From an uncultured Candidatus Saccharibacteria bacterium (GTDB lineage: Bacteria > Patescibacteriota > CALEFQ01), in contig OZ246404.1 of assembly GCA_965230955.1 (NCBI GenBank), positions 1,060,024 through 1,124,023 on the forward strand: DNA of 64,000 nucleotides. Reading direction: 5' to 3'. Position numbers and translations under genes: made by a program. Shown here piece by piece: positions 28,818 to 38,417 of this stretch. Each line of letters opens with the position of its first letter. Position 1 is the first letter of the stretch. A model generated the notes under the pieces. It was not told the DNA's origin. It saw only the letters and a list, made by a program, of their open reading frames with translations, and did no database searches.

Positions 28818-29780
28818 TCAAATAAAGTTTTTCATCACACTGTCGCGGAAAAATTTCTCGCGATCGTCTTTTGTTCCGGTCAGATAAATTATATCCAAGC
28901 CCGGGCTAGTGTTCAGCTCCATCAACCAAGGACGTTCCCGGTCGTCAAAAATAAAATCAAGGGTATAGAGCGAATATGGGAAGAAAGACAGTCGTCGGTC
29001 AATTTTTTTTGCGATGGTCATGGCGGTCTTAGGTATGGCCTCTAAGGAAACCTTTTCCGCCTTAGCTCCTTGGTGAATATTCGTGAACAAAGAATCTTCC
29101 TTGGCTCGCCGTGAAAGCGCATAAATCAGCTCATGATTGGAAAAAATCAAACGCAAATCGGCCAACCCCGGTGCTTGGGAAACTCCCGGCACTCCTTTGG
29201 TATTCTCTTTAAATTCTTGCACCAACACCGGAAAGGGCAGATCTTTTTTGATAATTTCCAATGGAGAATCAATAGAAATTCCAAACCCACCGGAACCAAA
29301 CAGCGGCTTGACCACTATTTGCCCTGATTGTAACTGCGACAACGCTTCTTTTAATTCCCTGGGGCTGGAGGCGATGAAAGAAGCGGGCATAAATTCTCCC
29401 AAGCATAAAAATTGCGCCGCCTTACTACCCAGTAACGAACGAAACAAAGGATGATTGAATATCCGACAATTTTCGGAAATTTTCAATTTCAGGTCCAAGA
29501 GACCGCTTCCTTTAGCGCCGACCGTCTTATCAAAAACCAGATCCGGCACAATCAGTTTTTCGTGTTTTTCCCAGCGTCCCCCGACACTGGTCCAGGCTTT
29601 GGTAAATCCTTTTTTAGCGGTGTCATACCAATTTATCTCGGCGCGATAAACCGACACCCCTTGTTTTAGGCCAAATTCACACCACTCGGCCAAAGCCGCA
29701 GCGGTGGTTTCTGATCCGGTTTCGGGTAATTTTTTCGCCCAATCATCACCGGTATAAACTATGACTAATGATTTATTCAT
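28818..29780 (-). CDS. ATP-grasp fold ligase (RimK/YheCD-like)
   Basis: VVKPLFGSGGFGI, LVQEF, DLR, TNIHQGA, LDFI...LMELNTSPG. Confidence 0.85.
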   Translation of the reverse strand: MNKSLVIVYTGDDWAKKLPETGSETTAAALAEWCEFGLKQGVSVYRAEINWYDTAKKGFTKAWTSVGGRWEKHEKLIVPDLVFDKTVGAKGSGLLDLKLKISENCRIFNHPLFRSLLGSKAAQFLCLGEFMPASFIASSPRELKEALSQLQSGQIVVKPLFGSGGFGISIDSPLEIIKKDLPFPVLVQEFKENTKGVPGVSQAPGLADLRLIFSNHELIYALSRRAKEDSLFTNIHQGAKAEKVSLEAIPKTAMTIAKKIDRRLSFFPYSLYTLDFIFDDRERPWLMELNTSPGLDIIYLTGTKDDREKFFRDSVMKNFI

Positions 29781-29895
29781 AAATTTATTTAAGTATACCA
29801 GCTTTAGTATAGCAATTTCTGGATTTATTGAAAGCCTGGCAACTTGTCGGTGCGGGTCCGATCTGTTATGCTACGATAATCATTAAATAAAAAAC

Positions 29896-30684
29896 ATGGG
29901 ACCAACTACTAATTTAGAGAAACCGTTAGTAACGGTAATTACCCCCACGCTGAATCGCGCCCGCCGGATTCCCGACGCTATCAAAAGCGTTCTCAATCAG
30001 ACTCTGAAAAACTGGGAGCATATCATTATCGACGACGGCAGTAAAGACAACACCGAAGACGTCGTCCGCCGATTTCCTGATCACCGCATCATCTACATCA
30101 ATCGCTTTGAACAACGCGGGATTGGTGATACCAGAAACTTGGGTCTGCGCTTGGCTTCGGGAAAATACATCGCCTTTCTAGACTCAGATGATATGTTGCC
30201 CCGCGATAGCTTGGCCACCAGGGTAAAATTTTTCAAATCGCATCCGGAAACAGCGTTGGTTTTCGGACGTATGGATGTAGAAAAAAGCAAAAAGTACCTA
30301 AAGGAACTGAAGAAAATATCGCCTCAGCAAGGCAAAGCCGTCGCCGGCAAAAAGAAACTTTCCAGTCCGCCGGAAATGGAGATTATAAAAAATCGCAAAT
30401 CGGCCAAAGAAAAATTCGATTTACTAATTAAGGGGAATTTTATTCCTTCGGGCAGCGTCATGGTTCGCAAAGAAGTGCTAGACAAGCTGGGCGGCTTTGA
30501 TACATCATTTGTCGTCGCGGAAGACTATGATTTATGGTTGCGCATCGCCAAAAGACATGATATTTCTTTCATCGACAAGGTCTTGCTCCACTATCGCCGA
30601 TTTGAGGACTCTGTATTCCTGAGCGCGAAAAAACAGAAGCGCAACCAAAAATTCACCAGATTGGCCCAAGACAAAAATCGTTAA
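29896..30684 (+). CDS. Glycosyltransferase family 2
   Basis: VTVITPTLN, IIDDGSKD, FLDSDD, EDYDLWLR. Confidence 0.92.
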   Translation: MGPTTNLEKPLVTVITPTLNRARRIPDAIKSVLNQTLKNWEHIIIDDGSKDNTEDVVRRFPDHRIIYINRFEQRGIGDTRNLGLRLASGKYIAFLDSDDMLPRDSLATRVKFFKSHPETALVFGRMDVEKSKKYLKELKKISPQQGKAVAGKKKLSSPPEMEIIKNRKSAKEKFDLLIKGNFIPSGSVMVRKEVLDKLGGFDTSFVVAEDYDLWLRIAKRHDISFIDKVLLHYRRFEDSVFLSAKKQKRNQKFTRLAQDKNR

Positions 30685-30730
30685 AATATTAAAAACCCTG
30701 CACCGTAAGGTATAGGGTTTTTAATATAGC

Positions 30731-31918
30731 TTATTTAACTCGGATAAATTTTCTCTTCCCCGCCTGAATAATCGTTCCTGCCTTGATCAAAACTCGGCTC
30801 TGCCAATCTTTTACGACCTGATCGTCAATTTTGACGCCGCCTTGTTCAATCAGCCGTCGCCCGACACTTTTACTGCTGATCAGCTTAGCTTCACTCAGAA
30901 GATCGATCACCGGCCACTCGCCTGATTTAATTGCAATCACCGGCATTTCAGTCGGTTTTTCTTTTTGGGAAAAGACACGAACAAATTCAGACGCCGCCAT
31001 GTCGGCAGCCTTTTCTCCATGATAAAGCTTGGCTATTTCCCGACCGAGCCTAATTTTTATATCACGAGGATTGCTTCCGCCAGATAATTCTTTTCGAATC
31101 ACTTGCAACTCGGCGTCAGAAATCTCGGTAGCCAGTTCAAAATACGGAACAATCTGCTCATCGGGAATGCTCATGACCTTGCCAAACTGTTGAATGGCTG
31201 ATTCGCTGATACCGATATAATTATCCAAACTCTTGCTCATTTTTTCGTGCCCATCAAGCCCAACCAAAATTTTCATAGTCATAATATCCTGAGGCGCTTG
31301 CCCCATCTTTTTTTGTAATTCTCGTCCGGCCAATAAATTAAATTTTTGGTCGGTTCCGCCCAGCTCAACGTCCGCTTTAAGCGCGACAGAATCATAGGCT
31401 TGCATCACAGGATATAGTAATTCATGCAGCCCGATATCAGCTCCTGATTTAAGACGTTTGGTAAAATCATCCCGCTCCAGAATCCGAGCTGCAGTAAAAT
31501 GTGATGCCAGTTTCAGAATATCAGCAAAACTCATCTTTTTAAACCACTCACTATTAAATCTAACCTCCGCCCGAGAAGTATCTAACACTTTACCAACCTG
31601 CTCCAAGTATGTCTTGGCGTTTTCTTTTACCTCCGGCGCTGATAATTGCGGTCGGGTCTTTGATTTTCCAGAAGGATCACCAATTAGGCCGGTATAATCA
31701 CCGATTAAAAAAATGATCGTGTGCCCTAAGGCTTGAAATTCTTTTAGTTTATTAAAGACCACACTGTGGCCCAAATGCAAATCTGGCCGTGACGGGTCAG
31801 CGCCAAACTTAATACGCAGCTTTTTACCTGATTTTAATCTTTGCTTTAATTCATCCGCCACCACAACTTCGGCCACTCGCCTATTCAAGAGAGTTTCAAT
31901 TTGTTGATCCATAGACAT
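30731..31918 (-). CDS. tyrS: Tyrosine--tRNA ligase
   Basis: GADPSRPDLHLGH, YPVMQAYD, GGTDQKFN, KMSKS, C-terminal S4 domain. Confidence 0.97.
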   Translation of the reverse strand: MSMDQQIETLLNRRVAEVVVADELKQRLKSGKKLRIKFGADPSRPDLHLGHSVVFNKLKEFQALGHTIIFLIGDYTGLIGDPSGKSKTRPQLSAPEVKENAKTYLEQVGKVLDTSRAEVRFNSEWFKKMSFADILKLASHFTAARILERDDFTKRLKSGADIGLHELLYPVMQAYDSVALKADVELGGTDQKFNLLAGRELQKKMGQAPQDIMTMKILVGLDGHEKMSKSLDNYIGISESAIQQFGKVMSIPDEQIVPYFELATEISDAELQVIRKELSGGSNPRDIKIRLGREIAKLYHGEKAADMAASEFVRVFSQKEKPTEMPVIAIKSGEWPVIDLLSEAKLISSKSVGRRLIEQGGVKIDDQVVKDWQSRVLIKAGTIIQAGKRKFIRVK

Positions 31919-32104
31919 AAGATGTAATTTAATCTTTCTACATTGTAGCGTGTTTAAGGTGAAATTCCAAGCATTAAATGTAAAATATATTTGTCGGCCG
32001 GTAATCTCATTTTCCGTTATTTACCGTCTAAATCATCGTTTTATTGTTGCTAGAAGTGATAAAAACGCCTTGTTTTTTCTTATTTTTAAGCTATAATTCA
32101 TCAT

Positions 32105-35011
32105 ATGACACCTCGCCCCGCCCAATCATGGTTTTATCAAGAATCCCGCCCCAGCGGGACTCTTTGGGGTAAAAAAGGTAAATCCCAACCGGATAAACCG
32201 AAAAAAGAGTCCGGCCAGGCAAAAGATCCGCTGAAAAAGAAGAAGCGCTGGAAGAAAACCCTGAAAATCATCGGATATACTTTTCTGGTATTGGCTTTGT
32301 TTATTGTGGCTGTTTTCTTATGGGTCGCCAAAGATTTACCATCCAGCAAAGACATCTTGAGCGGACGCCTGGTAGATCAGGCCACGCAAATTTATGACCG
32401 CACCGGCGAACACCTCTTGTTTGAAATTCACGGCGATGAAAACCGCACTCTGGTAAAAATCAATGATCTGCCGGCTTATGTCCACCAAGCCACCGTGGCG
32501 ATCGAAGACGATTCTTTTTACCGCCACCCGGGCTTTGATGTCATGGGTATTATGCGCGCCGCCTGGAAAGATATCACCGGGCAGGGGTATTCCCAGGGCG
32601 GTTCGACCATAACCCAACAGCTGATCAAAAATACCATTCTGACTCCGGAAAAAACTTTCACGCGCAAGGTGAAAGAATTAATTATGTCGATTGAGTTGGA
32701 AATAAAACTTAGCAAAAGCGAAATTCTGGAATTATATCTAAATGCCATTCCTTACGGTTCAAATGCTTATGGAATCGAAGCCGCGGCGCAGACATTTTTC
32801 GGCAAGCCGGCGGAAGAATTGACCGTTAGCGAATCGGCTTTACTGGCCGGACTCCCCCGGGCGCCGACTTATTATTCCCCTGTCAATCATCCCGAACGAG
32901 CCAAAGCCCGGCAAGAAAAAGTTCTCGATCGCATGGCTGAATTAGGCTATATTTCAGAGGAAAAGGCGGCTGAGGCCAAAGCGGAAAACATAAAAGTCAC
33001 CATCAGAAAAAATATCGCCACAGCGCCACATTTTGTCGATTATCTGAAAGAAGTGCTGGTTGATGAATATGGCATAAAGAAAGTAGAAACCGGCGGACTA
33101 AAAGTCATCTCCACCCTAAATATTGATCATCAAAAAATAGCAGAAGAAGTCATTTCGGAACAACGCGCGGCTAATACCAAATACGACGTTCATAACGGCG
33201 CGTTAATCTCTGTTGACGCTAAAACCGGCGAAATTTTATCAATGGTGGGATCGGTTGACTACTATACCGATGATGACGAAGGTGGAAAAATGGACGGCCA
33301 AGTGAATGTTACCACCGCCTACCGCTCCCCCGGATCTTCGATCAAACCATTGGAATATTCCACAGCCTTTGCCAGAGGTTTCCCGCCGACCACGATGGTT
33401 TATGACGTAAAGACGTCTTTCCCCGACGGCAGTGGTAAAGATTACACTCCGAAAAATTTCAGCGGAGGCTTTGCCGGACCTATTTCTTTTCGCTCGGCCC
33501 TGCAGCAATCATTGAATATTCCAGCGGTAAAAGCGTACTACCTGGCGGGAGCGGAAAATGTTTCCACGATGGCCGCCAAACTTGGTTATGATAATTTTGT
33601 CGCCGGCAAGGAATACGGCTTGGCCACCGCCATTGGCGGCCGAGAAGTTACAGCGCTGGATCACGTGGGGATGTATCAAACTTTTGCTAACAGAGGAAAA
33701 TTAAAAGACCCCACCGGAATTATAAAAGTAACCGATTCGACCGGCACTGTCCTGGAAGAAATCGACCCTAATCGCGGCGAACAAGTCATGGATCAAAATG
33801 TCGCCGATACGATGAATAATGTGCTCTCTGATAACGGTGCCAGAACATGGGGAAAGCGGGAATTGGTTCTCAAGGATCGTCCGGTGGCCGCGAAAACCGG
33901 CACCAGTAATAAAGAATTTGGTTCCGGTATCCGGCCAAATAATCTCTGGACTTGCGGCTATACGCCTCAGATCGCCACGGCTGTTTGGGTCGGTAATAGC
34001 AACGGTTCGGCGCTCGCCGCCAGCGCCGAAGGATTGATAAACGCCGCGCCGATTTGGCAGAAATATATGAACCGCGTACATGAAGGTTTGCCGGTCGAAG
34101 ATTTTTCTGAACCAAAAACAATCGAATCAAATAAGCCGATGCTGCAAGGAAAAATATCGGGAGAAATTGAAGTTGAAATCTGCCAGCCCTCCGGTTTGCT
34201 CGCTAATGAGTATTGCCCGGCTTCAAAAAGAGAAAAAAAGAAATTTCGCGATTCTCATTGTATTCTCTATTATGTCAATCGCAAGGATCCCATGGGCGAC
34301 CGCTTGAAAAACCCTAAGGAAGACCCGCAATTCCAAAATTGGGAAGAAGGCGTGAGAGCTTGGGCCCAATCCAGTGATTACGGCGGAATTCCGCCCACTG
34401 AAACCGACACCCTGCACAATCCTGAAAACTGGCCGTCAATTTCAATTACCTCGCCCAATAGCGGAGAAACGATCACTTCCGGGATTTTCTCGGTCACCGT
34501 AAACGCCTCGGGCAAAAATCAGCTCAAAGAAGTGATTTACAGCGTGGACGGGAAAAAGGTCGGATCTTCGACCAAAAGCCCATTTAGCGCCAGTTTGGTG
34601 CTACCGGCGGGTATTACCAACGGCTTTCATACCCTAAGCGCCACGGTCTATGACATTGCCGACAACAAAGCCGAGACCAATATCGATCTGAATTTCAAAG
34701 TCACTAATGTCAAACCTTCGGTGTCGATGCTCTCGCCCGGCAGCGGAACATCTGTTTCCGCCGGAGCCGCCGTCTTGGTATCAGCCAAGGCCTCAGGGAG
34801 TACTCCTATTACCAGAGTGGAGTTTTTTGCCCAGTCGCCGGACGGCGCCGTGACGTCTTTTGGGGCCGATTCTTCGCCCGACGGATCCGGGACATACGGA
34901 ATGACTTGGACCGCGGCCGGTGCCAAAGGCACTTATTACTTATTTGCCCAGGTTCAAGATGAATCTGGCAATAGCGCTCAGAGCGGAAAAGTTTCGGTAG
35001 CGGTTAATTAA
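32105..35011 (+). CDS. Class A penicillin-binding protein (PBP1A family) with C-terminal Ig-like domains
   Basis: EDDSFY.H.G, GGSTITQQL, RKVKE; SxxK (SSIK), SLN, KTG. Confidence 0.95.
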   Translation: MTPRPAQSWFYQESRPSGTLWGKKGKSQPDKPKKESGQAKDPLKKKKRWKKTLKIIGYTFLVLALFIVAVFLWVAKDLPSSKDILSGRLVDQATQIYDRTGEHLLFEIHGDENRTLVKINDLPAYVHQATVAIEDDSFYRHPGFDVMGIMRAAWKDITGQGYSQGGSTITQQLIKNTILTPEKTFTRKVKELIMSIELEIKLSKSEILELYLNAIPYGSNAYGIEAAAQTFFGKPAEELTVSESALLAGLPRAPTYYSPVNHPERAKARQEKVLDRMAELGYISEEKAAEAKAENIKVTIRKNIATAPHFVDYLKEVLVDEYGIKKVETGGLKVISTLNIDHQKIAEEVISEQRAANTKYDVHNGALISVDAKTGEILSMVGSVDYYTDDDEGGKMDGQVNVTTAYRSPGSSIKPLEYSTAFARGFPPTTMVYDVKTSFPDGSGKDYTPKNFSGGFAGPISFRSALQQSLNIPAVKAYYLAGAENVSTMAAKLGYDNFVAGKEYGLATAIGGREVTALDHVGMYQTFANRGKLKDPTGIIKVTDSTGTVLEEIDPNRGEQVMDQNVADTMNNVLSDNGARTWGKRELVLKDRPVAAKTGTSNKEFGSGIRPNNLWTCGYTPQIATAVWVGNSNGSALAASAEGLINAAPIWQKYMNRVHEGLPVEDFSEPKTIESNKPMLQGKISGEIEVEICQPSGLLANEYCPASKREKKKFRDSHCILYYVNRKDPMGDRLKNPKEDPQFQNWEEGVRAWAQSSDYGGIPPTETDTLHNPENWPSISITSPNSGETITSGIFSVTVNASGKNQLKEVIYSVDGKKVGSSTKSPFSASLVLPAGITNGFHTLSATVYDIADNKAETNIDLNFKVTNVKPSVSMLSPGSGTSVSAGAAVLVSAKASGSTPITRVEFFAQSPDGAVTSFGADSSPDGSGTYGMTWTAAGAKGTYYLFAQVQDESGNSAQSGKVSVAVN

Positions 35012-35030
35012 AACAAATAAAGTAAATACC

Positions 35031-35378
35031 ATGAAAAAATTAGTCTATATCGTCACTAGGAAAAAACATTCCGGCAATCTGGTCAAAGATCTGCTGGCTC
35101 AAGGTTTTTATGTGACTGAATTGGAAGCTAATGGCGGTTTTTCCAGGGAGAAAATTTCCATCATCTTGATCGGGACAGAGGCGGAAAAGATTGAAACCTT
35201 GATTCAGATCGCCAAGAAGAATTGCTCATCGCACGAAGAAATAAATGTCAACGGTGTTCCCCTGCCGGTGCAGGGACAGGAAGATTTAATCCAGTCGCAA
35301 ACCGGCGATAAAGTCAGAGTCAAAGTCGGCGGAGCCACTATTTTCATTTCCCCGCTCGACCGTATTGAAAAAATATAA
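35031..35378 (+). CDS. PII-like cyclic-di-AMP receptor family protein (DarA/PstA-like)
   Basis: F.VT.L...GGF, LIG.E, VKVGGATIF. Confidence 0.75.
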   Translation: MKKLVYIVTRKKHSGNLVKDLLAQGFYVTELEANGGFSREKISIILIGTEAEKIETLIQIAKKNCSSHEEINVNGVPLPVQGQEDLIQSQTGDKVRVKVGGATIFISPLDRIEKI

Positions 35379-35380
35379 TC

Positions 35381-36691
35381 ATGTCAAAAATAGACCCTGA
35401 GTTAAAAAACTCTCTCGATCAACTGGATCAAGAGAAAAAAAAGAAAAGAAAAAAAGGCTGCCTGCGAGCCTTTTTGATCGTCTTGGCCGCTTTGGCCATT
35501 TTGATCGGTGTGGGATATTTATTGTTTCTCTCTCCTTTTGCCATTCCGGGCTTGGGGCTACACGGCGAAACCAGCGGGCAAATCAATGTTTTGGTGCTTG
35601 GTCGGGGCGGCGAAGGCCATAGCGGTGCCAACCTCACCGACACGATAATGATGGTTATGATCCGCCCGAAAGAAAAACGGGTGGCTATGCTCTCTATCCC
35701 CCGTGATTTATGGGTCAATACGCCCAAATATGGCGAAAGTAAAATTAATGCCGTCTTTAGCGAGGCAAAAAACTCCGGCAAAAGCGATGAGGCGGCGATC
35801 GACCTGGTTAAACAACACGTAGAAGATATTACCGGCTTTAAACCGAATTATTACGCTTTAATCGACTTTGAAGGCATGCGGGAGATGGTTGACGCTATCG
35901 GTGGAATCGATGTTAATGTTGATACGGAATTCAATGATACCTTGCACAAAATACATTATAAAAAAGGAGGTAATCATTTCGACGGCGAACAAGCGGTGAT
36001 GTATTCCCGCGCCCGTTACGCCGATTCCGGCGAGGGGACAGATTTTCAGCGCGCCGATCGCCAGCAAGATATCATTATGGCCATCAAAGATAAAGCCATG
36101 ACTTCGGAAGTTTTACTGAATCCGGGAAAACTCAGCGCCCTGTCGGAACAATATCAGAAAAATATCATTACCGACATCAGCCTGATGGAATTGAGCCGAT
36201 TGCGGGTCCTGGCCGGCGATCTATCCGACGATAAAACAATCAAAGCGGTGTATAGCACGGCCAATGTTCTGGTTTCGGGTAAATCGAGCGGCGGTTCCTA
36301 TATCCTTAAGCCGAAATCCGGCGATTGGACCGAAACAAAAGCTTTTGCTAAAAACATCTTCAAGGATCAGCCTTCGGTGATGATCCTTAACGGCACTAAG
36401 GAAATCGGCAAAGCAAAAAACGAAGCGGAGAGTTTAAAGGCCTCCGGCTATAATGTTCTGGGACAGGCCGATGCCGATAATCATACCTATATCCAAACTT
36501 TGGTTTATGATAATCGTGAAAATTATAAAAAAGAAGCCCAGAAATTAGCTGGACGATATCAGGGCGTGGTTGCTGAGGGAAAATATAAGGAAGATCGAGC
36601 CGATTTGGTTGTTGTCCTGGGACAAGGAGAAGTGAAAACGGCTTGGTACGAGAAGCTTTGGGATTGGCTGTCACCGGATAAAAATATTTAA
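35381..36691 (+). CDS. LCP (LytR-CpsA-Psr) family protein with LytR_C domain
   Basis: NVLVLG, TDTIM, LSIPRD, KINA, R.R..D..R..RQQ; ILNGT...G.A. Confidence 0.93.
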   Translation: MSKIDPELKNSLDQLDQEKKKKRKKGCLRAFLIVLAALAILIGVGYLLFLSPFAIPGLGLHGETSGQINVLVLGRGGEGHSGANLTDTIMMVMIRPKEKRVAMLSIPRDLWVNTPKYGESKINAVFSEAKNSGKSDEAAIDLVKQHVEDITGFKPNYYALIDFEGMREMVDAIGGIDVNVDTEFNDTLHKIHYKKGGNHFDGEQAVMYSRARYADSGEGTDFQRADRQQDIIMAIKDKAMTSEVLLNPGKLSALSEQYQKNIITDISLMELSRLRVLAGDLSDDKTIKAVYSTANVLVSGKSSGGSYILKPKSGDWTETKAFAKNIFKDQPSVMILNGTKEIGKAKNEAESLKASGYNVLGQADADNHTYIQTLVYDNRENYKKEAQKLAGRYQGVVAEGKYKEDRADLVVVLGQGEVKTAWYEKLWDWLSPDKNI

Positions 36692-36693
36692 TT

Positions 36694-36984
36694 TTACTTA
36701 ATGATAATCTTTATCCGCTCGATTTTTTGGGCGGATTTTTTGTTTATTCGTTCCAAGAGTTCCGGTTCCCGCCAATGCAAGGCCTGGGCATAATTAGACG
36801 AAGGAACGGATATTTTTATGACACCTTCGGCAAAAGAAATTGTTTCCATCGGCGCCAAAACTTCGGCGGGAAATATTTGAGCCGCTTCGGTTTCAAAAAT
36901 CTGACAAACGGAAGTGGCGGCGATAGGCGCTTGTAAGCCGTAACGACTGACGATTTTTTGTAATTCATCCTTAATATTGTTCAT
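36694..36984 (-). CDS. DciA/DUF721 family protein
   Basis: GVIKISVPSSNYAQAL...LLERIN; overlaps the recF stop, its usual position. Confidence 0.75.
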   Translation of the reverse strand: MNNIKDELQKIVSRYGLQAPIAATSVCQIFETEAAQIFPAEVLAPMETISFAEGVIKISVPSSNYAQALHWREPELLERINKKSAQKIERIKIIIK

Positions 36985-38117
36985 TGCGATATTTTTAATT
37001 GCCCGCCGGTAACTTGGAAAACTTTAGCCGGATTAATATAATCCTTATCCAGACTGGATAAATCGGTGGTGGTTAAAAAGCACTGCGAACCGCTCAATCT
37101 GCGAGCTAAGGTGGCGCGACGAAAAATATCCAGTTCGGAAAAAACATCGTCCAAAAGCAATACCGGTATTTTTTCTACCTGGTCTTCAATAAATTTCTTC
37201 TCGCCTAATTTCAGAGACAAGACCGCACTGCGCCATTCTCCGCGCGATCCGCTTTTTTCTAATGGCCGCCCGTTAATGTTGAAAATAAAATCATCGCGAT
37301 GCGGGCCGAGAGTTGTTTGCTTCATAACCAGATCGCGGTTCCAGCTCTGCAGCCAGTTTTTCTGTAGCAAAGCTTGTAGCTGTTTTATCTCAACCAGCGA
37401 CTCGATTCCCGGCAGGTGCAGTGCCGGCTGATAAGATATTTTTAAATCGCTTTTATCTCGGCTGATTTCCCGATAATCAAAGGACAGTCTTTGATTAATG
37501 GCTTCGATAAAGGCGGAGCGCTCTTTGATTAAACGGCTTCCCTCTTCGGCCATTTGGGCTTCCCATATTTCCGCTTCACCGCGCTTGGCTTGAACGCCTA
37601 AAGGAGAAAAAAACAAAGAATTACGCTGTTCCAGAGCCTGTTGATAGCGTTGCAAAGATTCATAATATCTGGGGGAAATTTGCCCTAAAACTATATCGAG
37701 ATAGCGGCGTCTTTCCTTGGGGGCGGCGGCCACCAGCATTAAATCATCCGGTGAAAATAAAACGGTCAGAAACTTTCCCACCACAGAACGAGTTGAAACT
37801 TTGGAACTATTAAGAGTAATTTGTCTTTTTACCGGCAGGTCTGCGCCTTCATTAACCAGCGCCGCCGCGATTTTGTGATTTTGCCCCGATTCCATGATAT
37901 CTCCTTCTATTCTCGCCACTTGTGTCCCCCAAGCAACCAAATCAAGTCCATGAGAGGCGCGCCAAGATTTAAACAATGACAAAAAACGAATCGCTTCCAA
38001 GAGATTCGTTTTTCCAGCCGCGTTGGCGCCAACCAGAATAGTCGCCTGATCAACAAACTGGACCGCTAGCTGTTTATAATTTCTAAAGTTTTTAAGTTTA
38101 AGCGAAGTTAAATACAT
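36981..38117 (-). CDS. recF: DNA replication/repair protein RecF
   Basis: NFRNY, GANAAGKTN, GPHRDD, SRGE, LLLDDVFSELD. Confidence 0.96.
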   Translation of the reverse strand: MYLTSLKLKNFRNYKQLAVQFVDQATILVGANAAGKTNLLEAIRFLSLFKSWRASHGLDLVAWGTQVARIEGDIMESGQNHKIAAALVNEGADLPVKRQITLNSSKVSTRSVVGKFLTVLFSPDDLMLVAAAPKERRRYLDIVLGQISPRYYESLQRYQQALEQRNSLFFSPLGVQAKRGEAEIWEAQMAEEGSRLIKERSAFIEAINQRLSFDYREISRDKSDLKISYQPALHLPGIESLVEIKQLQALLQKNWLQSWNRDLVMKQTTLGPHRDDFIFNINGRPLEKSGSRGEWRSAVLSLKLGEKKFIEDQVEKIPVLLLDDVFSELDIFRRATLARRLSGSQCFLTTTDLSSLDKDYINPAKVFQVTGGQLKISQ

Positions 38118-38122
38118 AGCCC

Positions 38123-38416
38123 TTATTTTTTGGGCGAGGTGAGCGGATCAAAACCGGAATCAATCTCTTGTTTATCATTGTAACCATCGCCATCGGTGTC
38201 TTTATTACGCGGATCGGTTCGATAAATATCTTTTTCCTGTTTATCGGTCAAGCCATCGCCGTCGCTATCAATCTTGTCATCAAGTAAACCGCCTGAAACC
38301 GGTGCCTTTTGGGTATCGCCGGACCAATAATAAGCGGCGGCAAAATAGGCGCTTGTGCCCAGGGCACATACACCCAAAACCGCTAAAATCAGAGCAATAA
38401 TCAAGAGGATTTTCAT
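38123..38416 (-). CDS. Small membrane-anchored protein with DxDxDG Ca-binding (bacterial TSP3-like) repeats
   Basis: N-terminal hydrophobic helix; DSDGDGLTD..E...TDP..KDTDGDG. Confidence 0.8.
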   Translation of the reverse strand: MKILLIIALILAVLGVCALGTSAYFAAAYYWSGDTQKAPVSGGLLDDKIDSDGDGLTDKQEKDIYRTDPRNKDTDGDGYNDKQEIDSGFDPLTSPKK

Positions 38417-38417
38417 T

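Noticed and set aside
31919-32104. T-box leader for tyrS
   Set aside because: No T-box consensus or antiterminator; the region is short and AT-rich.
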